From NCBI GenBank assembly GCA_964543385.1, contig CAZIYE010000001.1:240001-272000 (forward strand): DNA of 32,000 nucleotides. The letters run 5' to 3'. Below the pieces are notes generated by a model. It was not told the origin of the DNA. It ran no database searches and saw nothing but the letters and a program-made list of their open reading frames with translations. Shown here one piece after another: positions 1 through 7,276 of this stretch; position 1 is the stretch's first letter, and each line of letters begins with the position of its first letter. The translations under genes and the position numbers were made by a program. This stretch comes from an uncultured Candidatus Saccharibacteria bacterium (GTDB taxonomy: Bacteria > Patescibacteriota > UBA1384 > XYA2-FULL-43-10 > 1-14-0-10-43-13).

Positions 1-77
1 TCTTCGGTGACGGTCATAAGCATATCCTTTAATGACATATGCTCATTTATAGATGTCTCGTAATGCATTTGGTCCAT
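1..77 (-). CDS. Possible 5' end of a CDS running off the left edge (MDQMHYETSINEHMSLKDMLMTVTE...)
   Basis: Open frame from ATG (77-75) to the window edge, just downstream of the 88-1602 ORF on the same strand; too short to identify. Confidence 0.35.
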   Translation of the reverse strand, partial: MDQMHYETSINEHMSLKDMLMTVTE

Positions 78-87
78 TCTATAAGTC

Positions 88-1602
88 TTATTTTATTATT
101 TCTTTCAATTCATCCAATTGCTTTTGCACTGCATCAATTTTTGCTTTGATCTCAGCACTCTTATCAACGGTAGCTGCGGGCTCATTAATCTTGATCTCAG
201 GCACCGCACTGCCTGTCACAACTGCTCCATTTTTAATAAATGTGTCCAGAGATGCTGCATTGTCGAAACCAGCGACCTTATTTGTCTTAGCATCAAATAA
301 TACCGTCTTCGCAATACCTGCGGCATCATTCGGTATTATCGAGAGCAACCAATAAAGATCTTTGCCAATTTTGAGCGGTCTTGGCTCTGCTAGATTAAAT
401 GCATCCCAGCTATAAGTTGGAAACTCTCTTTTAATATAATCAGCTGCCGCAACAGGACCCGTTAACTGTGAATTTTGATCATACTCAACAATTTCTCTTT
501 TGCCCGTCGTTGCATCAAAGATAAAAATCTTATAGACACCGTATGACCTGCCATATGGCTCAGCTACGACTAACTGTTTGAATCCTTCGTTTGTGGACAC
601 ATGAAATATTTTCTCACTCCCCGGTAAGGCGACTGTCTCTGTTTGATTTTTATGCAAAAACCACTTGTTTAGAAGACCACCTTTGTAAGCATATGAATCA
701 GTATAATAATTCACCAGCTCTTTTGGATACAACCGATTATTCTTAAGGAAAGAAATGTTTTGTGCTTCTTCTGGTGTGTAATCAGATATATAGCCGCCAG
801 CATCAACTAGCATCACACCTGCCCAGTAAGGTACTCGAAAAGGAAAACCCTTGTAGCCGATATAAGGCACAGCCGTTAGCCAATTGCCACTATCATCTTT
901 CAAATACACTGGTTCTGATGAATAATCAACGCCATATTTCTTTAATTTCAGTTGATAATATAAATTATCAAAAATTCCGATCCCCTCTGAGTATTTAAAT
1001 TCCTTGTCCTCAATGGCCACTTTTTTATCGATAGTATCAACTTCAACAGTCACAAAACCATTCAATTTGTTAGTAAAATATAGTATTCCGCCATCTGGCA
1101 ATCTAGGGAAAACTCTCTTTAATTTGCCATCAACCATGACGATTTGCGAATCACCCAACATCTCCTGAGGATTTTGAAAAGTATCAGCAGCATAACGCTT
1201 TGCGACCTGTTTTGGCGTCAGTCTAATTGGTTCGAAATTTGGCAAATCGACTTTTGCCTCATAGGTAACTTGTTTCGCAGTCAAAAGATATCTGATCTCG
1301 CTCTCAAAATTAAGAGCTACAAAAATAAGAATTAAAAAGACTATATAGCCAGAAATAATCAACGGTGAAACTTGATTTGATGCCTTGAATGTATAGTTTT
1401 GCATTCCCGTAGGTACCATAGTAATTTTGCCAAACTTCTTTAAAAGAAGAGCGACGCCGGCGATCAATGCAACGATCAAAATACCTTTGAGAGGGCTAAC
1501 CACAAAAAGCATATAGAAACCGTGAAAAAATGGCCTAAATAGCCAAATAAGTAGGACCAAAATAACAATCCAAATAAGAGAACGAGGATTTATCTTTTTC
1601 AT
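88..1602 (-). CDS. Hypothetical membrane protein with N-terminal transmembrane helices
   Basis: Long ORF; two N-terminal hydrophobic segments (SLIWIVILVLLIWLF, GILIVALIAGVALLL) plus a third near residues 45-60. Likely start is MKKINPR rather than the upstream MGDF. Confidence 0.85.
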   Translation of the reverse strand: MKKINPRSLIWIVILVLLIWLFRPFFHGFYMLFVVSPLKGILIVALIAGVALLLKKFGKITMVPTGMQNYTFKASNQVSPLIISGYIVFLILIFVALNFESEIRYLLTAKQVTYEAKVDLPNFEPIRLTPKQVAKRYAADTFQNPQEMLGDSQIVMVDGKLKRVFPRLPDGGILYFTNKLNGFVTVEVDTIDKKVAIEDKEFKYSEGIGIFDNLYYQLKLKKYGVDYSSEPVYLKDDSGNWLTAVPYIGYKGFPFRVPYWAGVMLVDAGGYISDYTPEEAQNISFLKNNRLYPKELVNYYTDSYAYKGGLLNKWFLHKNQTETVALPGSEKIFHVSTNEGFKQLVVAEPYGRSYGVYKIFIFDATTGKREIVEYDQNSQLTGPVAAADYIKREFPTYSWDAFNLAEPRPLKIGKDLYWLLSIIPNDAAGIAKTVLFDAKTNKVAGFDNAASLDTFIKNGAVVTGSAVPEIKINEPAATVDKSAEIKAKIDAVQKQLDELKEIIK

Positions 1603-1689
1603 AAAATCACCCAATTAATTATTGTAATTAATTTGATTATACAATGATTAACTAAAGAATCATATCGTCCGCGGATCACCGTATAATCT

Positions 1690-2049
1690 CTACTTCGAAA
1701 TAAAACTAATAGATAGAGAATTAACACAATGACGAATATTCTTAGGTGTCAGATTTTCCCCTTCGAAAATATGGCCTAAATGGGCGCCACAATTAGCACA
1801 AGTTATTTCAGTTCTAACCCCATCAGCATCAGGAATATGCTTTACTGCACCCCGAAATTCATCGTCGAAAGCCGGCCAACCACAGCCGGACTTGAATTTA
1901 GATTCTGAACTATAAAGAGGATTATTACACCTAGCACAAACATAAACACCATCATTGAAAAAATCATTATATTTGCCAGAAAAAGGTGGCTCAGTAGCCT
2001 TATCTGAAATTACTTTTTCTTGTTCCGGAGTAAGTTTGTTATATTTCAT
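1690..2049 (-). CDS. msrB: Peptide methionine-R-sulfoxide reductase
   Basis: TEPPFSGKY, YVCARCNNPL, SGCGWPAF, GVRTEITCANCGAHLGHIF and the catalytic-Cys region RHCVNS match the MsrB family; four CxxC zinc cysteines. Confidence 0.95.
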   Translation of the reverse strand: MKYNKLTPEQEKVISDKATEPPFSGKYNDFFNDGVYVCARCNNPLYSSESKFKSGCGWPAFDDEFRGAVKHIPDADGVRTEITCANCGAHLGHIFEGENLTPKNIRHCVNSLSISFISK

Positions 2050-2164
2050 GTTTTAATTGTAAAACAAAAAAGAATAAAATACATTGACTATTCTCTACAT
2101 AAGAGTAATGTTAAATGCATAGGGTACGGTTTTAAAAAGGATTCGTCTTTTCTTAGACCTACTC

Positions 2165-2197
2165 GGGAGAGTCGCAGCATACGGGCTCTCTCTTTTT
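2165..2197 (+). terminator. Intrinsic terminator
   Basis: GGGAGAGTC...GGCTCTCTC stem (with G-U pairs) followed by TTTTTC. Confidence 0.6.
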
Positions 2198-2223
2198 CTT
2201 GCCATTTTACAAAAAGAATATAA

Positions 2224-2259
2224 AAAAAATACCTCTAACTTTTGTTAGAGGTATTTTTT
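2224..2259. terminator. Bidirectional intrinsic terminator
   Basis: AAAAATACCTCTAAC-TTTT-GTTAGAGGTATTTTTT perfect stem with A/T tracts. Confidence 0.9.
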
Positions 2260-2268
2260 GTAGAGTAC

Positions 2269-2430
2269 TTACTTATCGTATTTTTCAACAAACTTTTTAA
2301 TTTCCTCAATGTTTTCCAAGACGAGCTTCGCCTTTTTCACACCAAATTGAAAAGGATATTTATCCTCTTCATCATTTTTCAGAACGATCATCTTATTACC
2401 TTTGAACTCTGACTCAGACACAATAGCCAT
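2269..2430 (-). CDS. Small acidic/lysine-rich hypothetical protein, 53 aa (MAIVSESEFKGNKMIVLKNDEDEDKYPFQFGVKKAKLVLENIEEIKKFVEKYDK)
   Basis: Translated by hand; AAAGGAGAGAG Shine-Dalgarno upstream of ATG; terminator directly after the stop. Not in the supplied ORF track. Confidence 0.75.
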   Translation of the reverse strand: MAIVSESEFKGNKMIVLKNDEEDKYPFQFGVKKAKLVLENIEEIKKFVEKYDK

Positions 2431-2520
2431 AACTACTCTCTCCTTTAATTTTTTACTGAATATATCTTACCAAAACTAGTGCCAAAATTGTATGTACTTA
2501 ATGCATAAATATCTACAGAA

Positions 2521-2549
2521 TAAACAGGTATTTACAATTGCTGTATAAT
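2521..2549 (+). promoter_or_regulatory. Predicted sigma70-type promoter for the nitronate monooxygenase-like gene
   Basis: TAAACA - 17 nt - TATAAT (2544-2549). It lies downstream of the nominal ATG at 2538, supporting a start at 2613. Confidence 0.55.
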
Positions 2550-2612
2550 GCATTGAGGGAATGCTTCATCAGAAGCAAATTTTTCAACGCAGAAAGCAAA
2601 GGAGAGTGTTTG

Positions 2613-3692
2613 ATGAGGTCGCTACCGACCATCAGTTTTGCTGGAAAAGTAGGATCTATAGTTCTGGGAGGTATGGGTGGGTTAGTAGGAACACCAAAGT
2701 TAGCAGCAACCGTTGCAAACGAAGGTGGTGTCGGAACCGTCTCATTCGTAGCGCTAGACCGCTATGTCGAGGCAAAGACCGGCTGCAAAGCAACCCCCCA
2801 AGAAGCATCCAGATTTGCCATCGAAGAGGCAAAAGGGCTGCGCCATGACAAAGCAGGACCAATTTTCCTGAATGTTATGACCCTCATGAATGACTATAGA
2901 CCCTCAGTGTTAGGTGCTGTTGAGGCAGGAGCAGACGGGATCATTGCTGGAGCAGGTCTTCCAACCGGCTTAGCAGAGATTGTTGGCGATGCCGACATAG
3001 AGCTGTGGCCAATTGTCTCCTCAGCACGAGCCCTTGCGATCATCTGCCGTTACTGGGCAAAACGAGGCAGAAAACCAAGTGGCGTTATTATCGAAGGACC
3101 GCTCGCCGGCGGTCATCTTGGCTTCAATTTCGAAGATATCTACAAGCCCGAGTACCAACTCGAAGCAATCTTTGTAGATATACTGAGACTTTGCCAAGAG
3201 CAGGACATTCACCAAATAGTCGTCGCTGGCGGCATTTGGGATACAGCAGACATCGTTCGCTGGCTCGACTTAGGCGCCACAGGCGTCCAACTAGGAACAC
3301 GCTTCCTGGCAACAGAGGAAAGTGGTGCCTCTGACGACTTCAAGGCAGCAATTGTAAAAGCCACAGCTGCCGACATCGTAGTTGCGATGAATCCAGGATC
3401 TCCATCCGGAATGCCCTTCAGGGTCATCGCAGACTCGCCCGGTTATATCCAAGCCCTTCGGCGAGATCGACAATTCCGCTGCATGTTGAAATACATGCTC
3501 CACGATGGGTCATGCAGAGCTACACAAAGCACAGACCATTTCTGCATCTGCGACGGCCTCCTATCAGCCGTTGGCCGACATCCCGACAAGAGTGCACTAG
3601 CGCTCTATACTTGTGGCACAAACGCCGCAAGAGTTGACCGTATCATGACGGTCAAAGGCCTCATGGATGAACTCAAAGGTATCACAAAATGA
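2613..3692 (+). CDS. Nitronate monooxygenase / 2-nitropropane dioxygenase-like FMN enzyme
   Basis: GGMGGLVGTPKLAATVANEGGVGTVSF, EGPLAGGHLG, VVAGGIWDTADIVRWLDLGATGVQLGTRFLATEES are typical of the NMO/FabK-like TIM barrel. Start moved from 2538 to 2613 because of AAAGGAG and promoter position. Confidence 0.85.
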   Translation: MRSLPTISFAGKVGSIVLGGMGGLVGTPKLAATVANEGGVGTVSFVALDRYVEAKTGCKATPQEASRFAIEEAKGLRHDKAGPIFLNVMTLMNDYRPSVLGAVEAGADGIIAGAGLPTGLAEIVGDADIELWPIVSSARALAIICRYWAKRGRKPSGVIIEGPLAGGHLGFNFEDIYKPEYQLEAIFVDILRLCQEQDIHQIVVAGGIWDTADIVRWLDLGATGVQLGTRFLATEESGASDDFKAAIVKATAADIVVAMNPGSPSGMPFRVIADSPGYIQALRRDRQFRCMLKYMLHDGSCRATQSTDHFCICDGLLSAVGRHPDKSALALYTCGTNAARVDRIMTVKGLMDELKGITK

Positions 3693-3709
3693 TCCCTCGC
3701 ATCGACACC

Positions 3710-3754
3710 GTCGCCTGCCCTTCAGTTTACTGGATGGCAGGCGACTTCTTTTTC
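3710..3754 (+). terminator. Intrinsic terminator after nitronate monooxygenase-like gene
   Basis: GTCGCCTGCC...GGCAGGCGAC 10-bp perfect stem followed by TTCTTTTTC. Confidence 0.85.
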
Positions 3755-3771
3755 ATAAGATCAAAAAAAAT

Positions 3772-5223
3772 TTAAACTTTACCTAGATCTAATTCATCAT
3801 CAAACCTTATTTGACTGACGAAATCAGGCATATGACTGACCATGATTAGAGCGCCCTCATATTTATCAACCGCCTTGGCAATTATTGGCAAATGACGGAA
3901 ATTAATATGATTTGTCGGCTCATCTAGAATCAAAAGCCCCGGTTGCATCAATGTCAGACGTGCAAAAGATAGCAAACCCTTTTGTCCTTCTGACAAATCA
4001 CTAACTTTATGGCCCATCAAGTCTCCACCGATTAGAAAACCGGCTGCAATAGAACGCATTGCCTGTATATCCATACTGCCGATTTTAGCACTGCAAAGTG
4101 AATCAAAAACAGTCTGGTCGAAATCAAGATTTGAAAAATCCTGACTATAATATCCGACCTTGGCTTCATCCAAGATCTTGGCATACTGATTCTTGCCGGA
4201 TACTAGCGAACGCAAGAATGTACTCTTGCCAATTCCGTTTGGCCCAGTCACAATAAAATGCATTCGTTTACGGATAATCTTTTCAACTTCTCTTACTCGA
4301 GTCTCGTGATTACGGAAAGCGGTCAAACCACTGATAGTCACAAGATCACCAACAATGTCCTGTACTGGGATATTGAATTCTTTAATAGTCCTATCCTCGT
4401 GTCTAACATCGACAATTTCCTCTTCCATTTCAGCAGCTTCATCCTTCAATTTCTGAGCTAATTTTCGCATCTTACCACCCTTATTGGAAAAGAAGTTCAC
4501 TTTTTCTTTGCGATCTATAATCGATCTTTTTAGTTGAGCGTTTTTTCGCTCCTCACTCTGAACTCGTCTCGCGATCTCTTCCACCACTGAATAATAGTCA
4601 CCGACATAATACTCAATCTTGCGACTGAAAACATTTAGATAAATTACACCTTCTGTAAAACAGTTCAAAAAGTCAGCATCATGCGAAATAACGATCACCG
4701 TCTTGTTGTATCTGATCAAAAATTCGATTAAGTGGTCAATCCCTGCCTGATCAAGATTATTGGTCGGCTCATCAAGTAGTAAAATGTCTGAATTCTGGAT
4801 CAGAGCATATGCCAACAAAAGTCTTGCTTGCTGTCCGCCAGAAAGGTCCCCTACTCGCCTACCGATTGGAATATCGAGATTTACCGCATCCATAACTTTG
4901 TGGATTTTGCTCGGCAAATCATTTGACCGAATCTCAAAGGCTTTGGCAAAATATTCTTCCACAGACAAATCAAGATCTTCACGAGCCACAACTTGGCGGG
5001 CAGTGGCGATAGTAATGTCTTTGGCAATATTGATCTGACCTGATTTCGGCTTTATTTCTCCGGTAATCATGCCAAAGAGAGTGCTTTTGCCTGCTCCGTT
5101 TTGTCCCATCAGAGTAATCTTGGAATTTCTGCGAATAGAAAAAATAGCCTCATCGAGTAGAGGCTTATCATGCTGATATTCAAAACAAACATCATCAAAT
5201 CTTAAAATAACTTCTTCACTCAT
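3772..5223 (-). CDS. ABC-F family ATPase (two ATP-binding domains, no transmembrane domain)
   Basis: Walker A GQNGAGKST and GPNGIGKST; signatures LSGGQQARLLLA and LSEGQKGLLSFA; Walker B ILLLDEPTNNLD and LLILDEPTNHIN. Confidence 0.93.
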   Translation of the reverse strand: MSEEVILRFDDVCFEYQHDKPLLDEAIFSIRRNSKITLMGQNGAGKSTLFGMITGEIKPKSGQINIAKDITIATARQVVAREDLDLSVEEYFAKAFEIRSNDLPSKIHKVMDAVNLDIPIGRRVGDLSGGQQARLLLAYALIQNSDILLLDEPTNNLDQAGIDHLIEFLIRYNKTVIVISHDADFLNCFTEGVIYLNVFSRKIEYYVGDYYSVVEEIARRVQSEERKNAQLKRSIIDRKEKVNFFSNKGGKMRKLAQKLKDEAAEMEEEIVDVRHEDRTIKEFNIPVQDIVGDLVTISGLTAFRNHETRVREVEKIIRKRMHFIVTGPNGIGKSTFLRSLVSGKNQYAKILDEAKVGYYSQDFSNLDFDQTVFDSLCSAKIGSMDIQAMRSIAAGFLIGGDLMGHKVSDLSEGQKGLLSFARLTLMQPGLLILDEPTNHINFRHLPIIAKAVDKYEGALIMVSHMPDFVSQIRFDDELDLGKV

Positions 5224-5245
5224 ATCTTGGTCTCAAAATAAAAAA

Positions 5246-5260
5246 GGCGTAACCTACGCC
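5246..5260 (-). terminator. Short terminator-like hairpin between ABC-F promoter and start codon
   Basis: Minus strand GGCGTA-GGT-TACGCC followed by TTTTTTATTTT. Confidence 0.5.
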
Positions 5261-5269
5261 ATTGGTATT

Positions 5270-5275
5270 ATTATA
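5270..5275 (-). promoter_or_regulatory. Extended -10 element (TGCTATAAT) upstream of ABC-F
   Basis: Perfect TATAAT preceded by TGC on the minus strand; -35 weak. Confidence 0.5.
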
Positions 5276-5329
5276 GCACATTCATCACAAAAGTACAGAT
5301 ATTAACAACAATTGTTTCTCTTTTTATCG

Positions 5330-5361
5330 TTGCGGAGCTCTGGTTTATCAGAGCTCCGCAA
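5330..5361. terminator. Strong 13-bp hairpin, probable terminator or barrier
   Basis: TTGCGGAGCTCTG-GTTTAT-CAGAGCTCCGCAA perfect stem; only a weak T-tract on the plus strand and none on minus. Confidence 0.6.
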
Positions 5362-5372
5362 TCTTTTCCACA

Positions 5373-5465
5373 CTATTTACTACTTGTAAGCGGTCCAAGA
5401 CCTTTTTGTTTCTTGTTCTTCTTTGGCTTCTTGACCTCTTTTTTAGCACCCTTATCTTTTCCCAT
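5373..5465 (-). CDS. 30-aa lysine-rich micro-protein (MGKDKGAKKEVKKPKKNKKQKGLGPLTSSK)
   Basis: Hand translation; AAAGAGGG upstream of ATG, followed by the 13-bp hairpin. Not in the supplied ORF track. Confidence 0.55.
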   Translation of the reverse strand: MGKDKGAKKEVKKPKKNKKQKGLGPLTSSK

Positions 5466-5533
5466 ATAACCCTCTTTTTATTTAATTATTTTTATTCTAC
5501 CAGAAAAAATTGATTTATTGTAAAAGATGATTA

Positions 5534-5755
5534 CTATTTTCTTTGTCTAATAAATTCTATTTCTAGCGCAATATAGCCAATCCCAAGTATGATCAATCCG
5601 CCAATCACCTTCTGACTTGGAATATTAAAAGTCGTGGTACCAAAATAATTGAACAACCAAGTTACTGCTCCAATTGCAAATATCGTTGCCCCCGCCAAAA
5701 TCAAGAACATCGCAACCCCAAGAAATGAAACTTTGTTTGGATCTCTTGAAAACAT
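5534..5755 (-). CDS. Small membrane protein, 73 aa, two predicted TM helices
   Basis: ORF with hydrophobic stretches FLGVAMFLILAGATIFAIGAVTWLF and VIGGLIILGIGYIAL. Confidence 0.7.
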   Translation of the reverse strand: MFSRDPNKVSFLGVAMFLILAGATIFAIGAVTWLFNYFGTTTFNIPSQKVIGGLIILGIGYIALEIEFIRQRK

Positions 5756-5772
5756 AGTCCTCCTTATAATTA

Positions 5773-5841
5773 TTATTTGCTCTCAAATAGTTCTATGGCG
5801 AATCCAGTAGGATCTTTTATAAAAGCATAGCACTTCGTGAG
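5773..5841 (-). pseudogene. C-terminal remnant of a VOC/glyoxalase-family gene
   Basis: Minus frame reads LTKCYAFIKDPTGFAIELFESK* directly after an in-frame stop; FIKDPTGFAIELFE is the typical C-terminal VOC motif. Confidence 0.5.
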
Positions 5842-5945
5842 TTATTCATAAAGCCAAGATAACGATCTTTATCGCTTATTATGAAGTTATCATAGAAACA
5901 TCAAGAAAAGATGAAGAAGATTCTTTATCCCATCTCTTGATCGGA

Positions 5946-6290
5946 TTAGACTTCATTATGTAATCTATAGCATTTACAGGGTTTCTGCTTCAATATCTCC
6001 ACCTGCTCCTCGGGTGTATTAATGAATTCATTCTGAATATTACTACCGGTAGCTAATTCTTCGTCCAATTCGGAATTATGTTTCCATCCTCGCCTTATAA
6101 TCTCGGCTGCTTCTTCCTGATGGCGATTATAGAGCGCTTTTAGCTTACCTGCCCATCTTTTTGTCTCAGGATGGTTAGAATATCCCTTTTTCTCTTCCGT
6201 TAGGATATTCCAGATAGCATGAAGCTCTCGATGTTCGCCAAGTAGATGATTGTCACAGAGAAGTTCTGGTTTTAGATCCCAAATACGCAT
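5946..6290 (-). CDS. Pyrimidine dimer DNA glycosylase / endonuclease V-like (T4 DenV-type)
   Basis: MRIWDLKPELLCDNHLLGEHRELHAIW...KKGYSNHPETKRWAGKLKALYNRHQ matches the Pyr_excise (PF03013) family pattern. Confidence 0.75.
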   Translation of the reverse strand: MRIWDLKPELLCDNHLLGEHRELHAIWNILTEEKKGYSNHPETKRWAGKLKALYNRHQEEAAEIIRRGWKHNSELDEELATGSNIQNEFINTPEEQVEILKQKPCKCYRLHNEV

Positions 6291-6312
6291 ATAAGTTTTT
6301 AATAAAAATTAG

Positions 6313-6840
6313 TTATTTGTTTTTAGTATATACTGCATTGAGTGTGGTGAATATTGCATCATCGAAATCAGCGGGCTTCATCTCGAGTATCATACCAGAG
6401 ACGTCGTTCAAATAATCTACTCCTGCTTGCCATTCAATAGTTGGATGATAAGTATAGTTTTCCAAGGTATCAGCAGCCTTGATTATTAGTGCATCTTGAC
6501 CGGCTTCGATACAATTGGCTACCATTTTTCTCTTGCGCTCTTTTTTGTCGGCTATACTGTCATCTTTTGTATTGGCAAGGACAAAATCAGCCACTTCTTT
6601 ACCAAATATATTAGTAATTTCGTCGATAGTTGTATCTGTATCCTCAAGCAAATCATGCATAAAGCCGGCCAAAACAATTTCTACTCTATAGCCATGATCA
6701 TATAAATAAATCCCCACGTGTATAGAGTGAAATAAAACTGGTTTTGTAAGCCCATCGGCGTTTTTGAATTTTTCGGTTATAAGAAAAATTGCTTTTTCAA
6801 TTTCTTCTCTATTTAATGTTTCCTGTTTCTTCTCTGGCAT
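6313..6840 (-). CDS. HD-domain phosphohydrolase (RelA/SpoT hydrolase-like)
   Basis: HSIHVGIYLYDHGYRVEIVLAGFMHDLLEDTDTT: HD and LLEDT motifs of the SpoT-like hydrolase fold. Confidence 0.85.
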   Translation of the reverse strand: MPEKKQETLNREEIEKAIFLITEKFKNADGLTKPVLFHSIHVGIYLYDHGYRVEIVLAGFMHDLLEDTDTTIDEITNIFGKEVADFVLANTKDDSIADKKERKRKMVANCIEAGQDALIIKAADTLENYTYHPTIEWQAGVDYLNDVSGMILEMKPADFDDAIFTTLNAVYTKNK

Positions 6841-6931
6841 TTTTATCCCTTATAAATTTAGTCTTCTACCACTACTTTAGCACTTTAAACCTAGTCAATA
6901 AAGTTAGCGCATATTCAACAAAACTAAGCGC

Positions 6932-6960
6932 TTGACAAACATGATGTAATATCATATTAT
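6932..6960 (+). promoter_or_regulatory. Near-consensus sigma70-type promoter
   Basis: TTGACA (6932-6937) - 17 nt - TATTAT (6955-6960). Confidence 0.8.
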
Positions 6961-6967
6961 TTATTCA

Positions 6968-7012
6968 ATGACAAACAAGACTTTAAAAGTTAGAAGAGAA
7001 ATCACCCTTTAG
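6968..7012 (+). CDS. Candidate 14-aa leader peptide MTNKTLKVRREITL
   Basis: ATG lies 7 nt after the predicted -10; the TAG stop abuts the antiterminator-like arm CACTTGGG. Confidence 0.35.
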   Translation: MTNKTLKVRREITL

Positions 7013-7052
7013 CACTTGGGTCTTTTCGCATTTCTAACTTTCCAAAGATACT

Positions 7053-7076
7053 GCAGCCCAAGTGGCTGCTTTTTTT
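7053..7076 (+). terminator. Intrinsic terminator 1 of leader region
   Basis: GCAGCC-CAAGT-GGCTGC + TTTTTTT. Confidence 0.85.
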
Positions 7077-7131
7077 ATTTTATATTCCATAACTATCACA
7101 TGATTTACTTAGACCAAAAATTATCAAATTT

Positions 7132-7242
7132 GAGAAGACATGCCAGAGCTATATCGGCAGGCTATTTTCTCGTTGGGATAATCTAGGCTTAAGTGATTTA
7201 AGATATTCCATAAAAAAAATAGCCCCGCCAGGGCTATTTTTT
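7132..7242 (+). promoter_or_regulatory. Attenuator/riboswitch-like leader (unit 2) upstream of GNAT/kinase gene
   Basis: GAGAA..TGCC..GGCA..TTCTC (7132-7171) structure; GGCTATTTT (7160-7168) is perfectly complementary to AAAATAGCC (7216-7224), the 5' arm of terminator AAAAAATAGCCC-CGCCA-GGGCTATTTTTT. Confidence 0.55.
7214..7242. terminator. Terminator hairpin immediately upstream of the RBS of the GNAT/kinase gene
   Basis: 12-bp stem AAAAAATAGCCC/GGGCTATTTTTT, loop CGCCA. Confidence 0.85.
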
Positions 7243-7276
7243 AGTACTTTAAAAATCCATAAGGGGGATGACAGAA

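Larger units (their letters stand above)
6967..7076 (+). ncRNA. Short structured leader/attenuator RNA (unit 1)
   Basis: Promoter upstream; stem AAAGTTAGAA (6986-6995)/TTCTAACTTT (7032-7041); CACTTGGG (7013-7020) complementary to CCCAAGTG (7057-7064), which overlaps terminator GCAGCC-CAAGT-GGCTGC-T7. Confidence 0.6.

Noticed and set aside
53-355. 100-aa plus-strand ORF at window start
   Set aside because: Antisense to the membrane protein; rich in Ser/Ala without motifs.
2561-3334. ORFs 2561..2848 and 3005..3334 (+) and several minus-strand ORFs
   Set aside because: Overlap the nitronate monooxygenase-like gene in other frames; no family features and improbable amino-acid composition.
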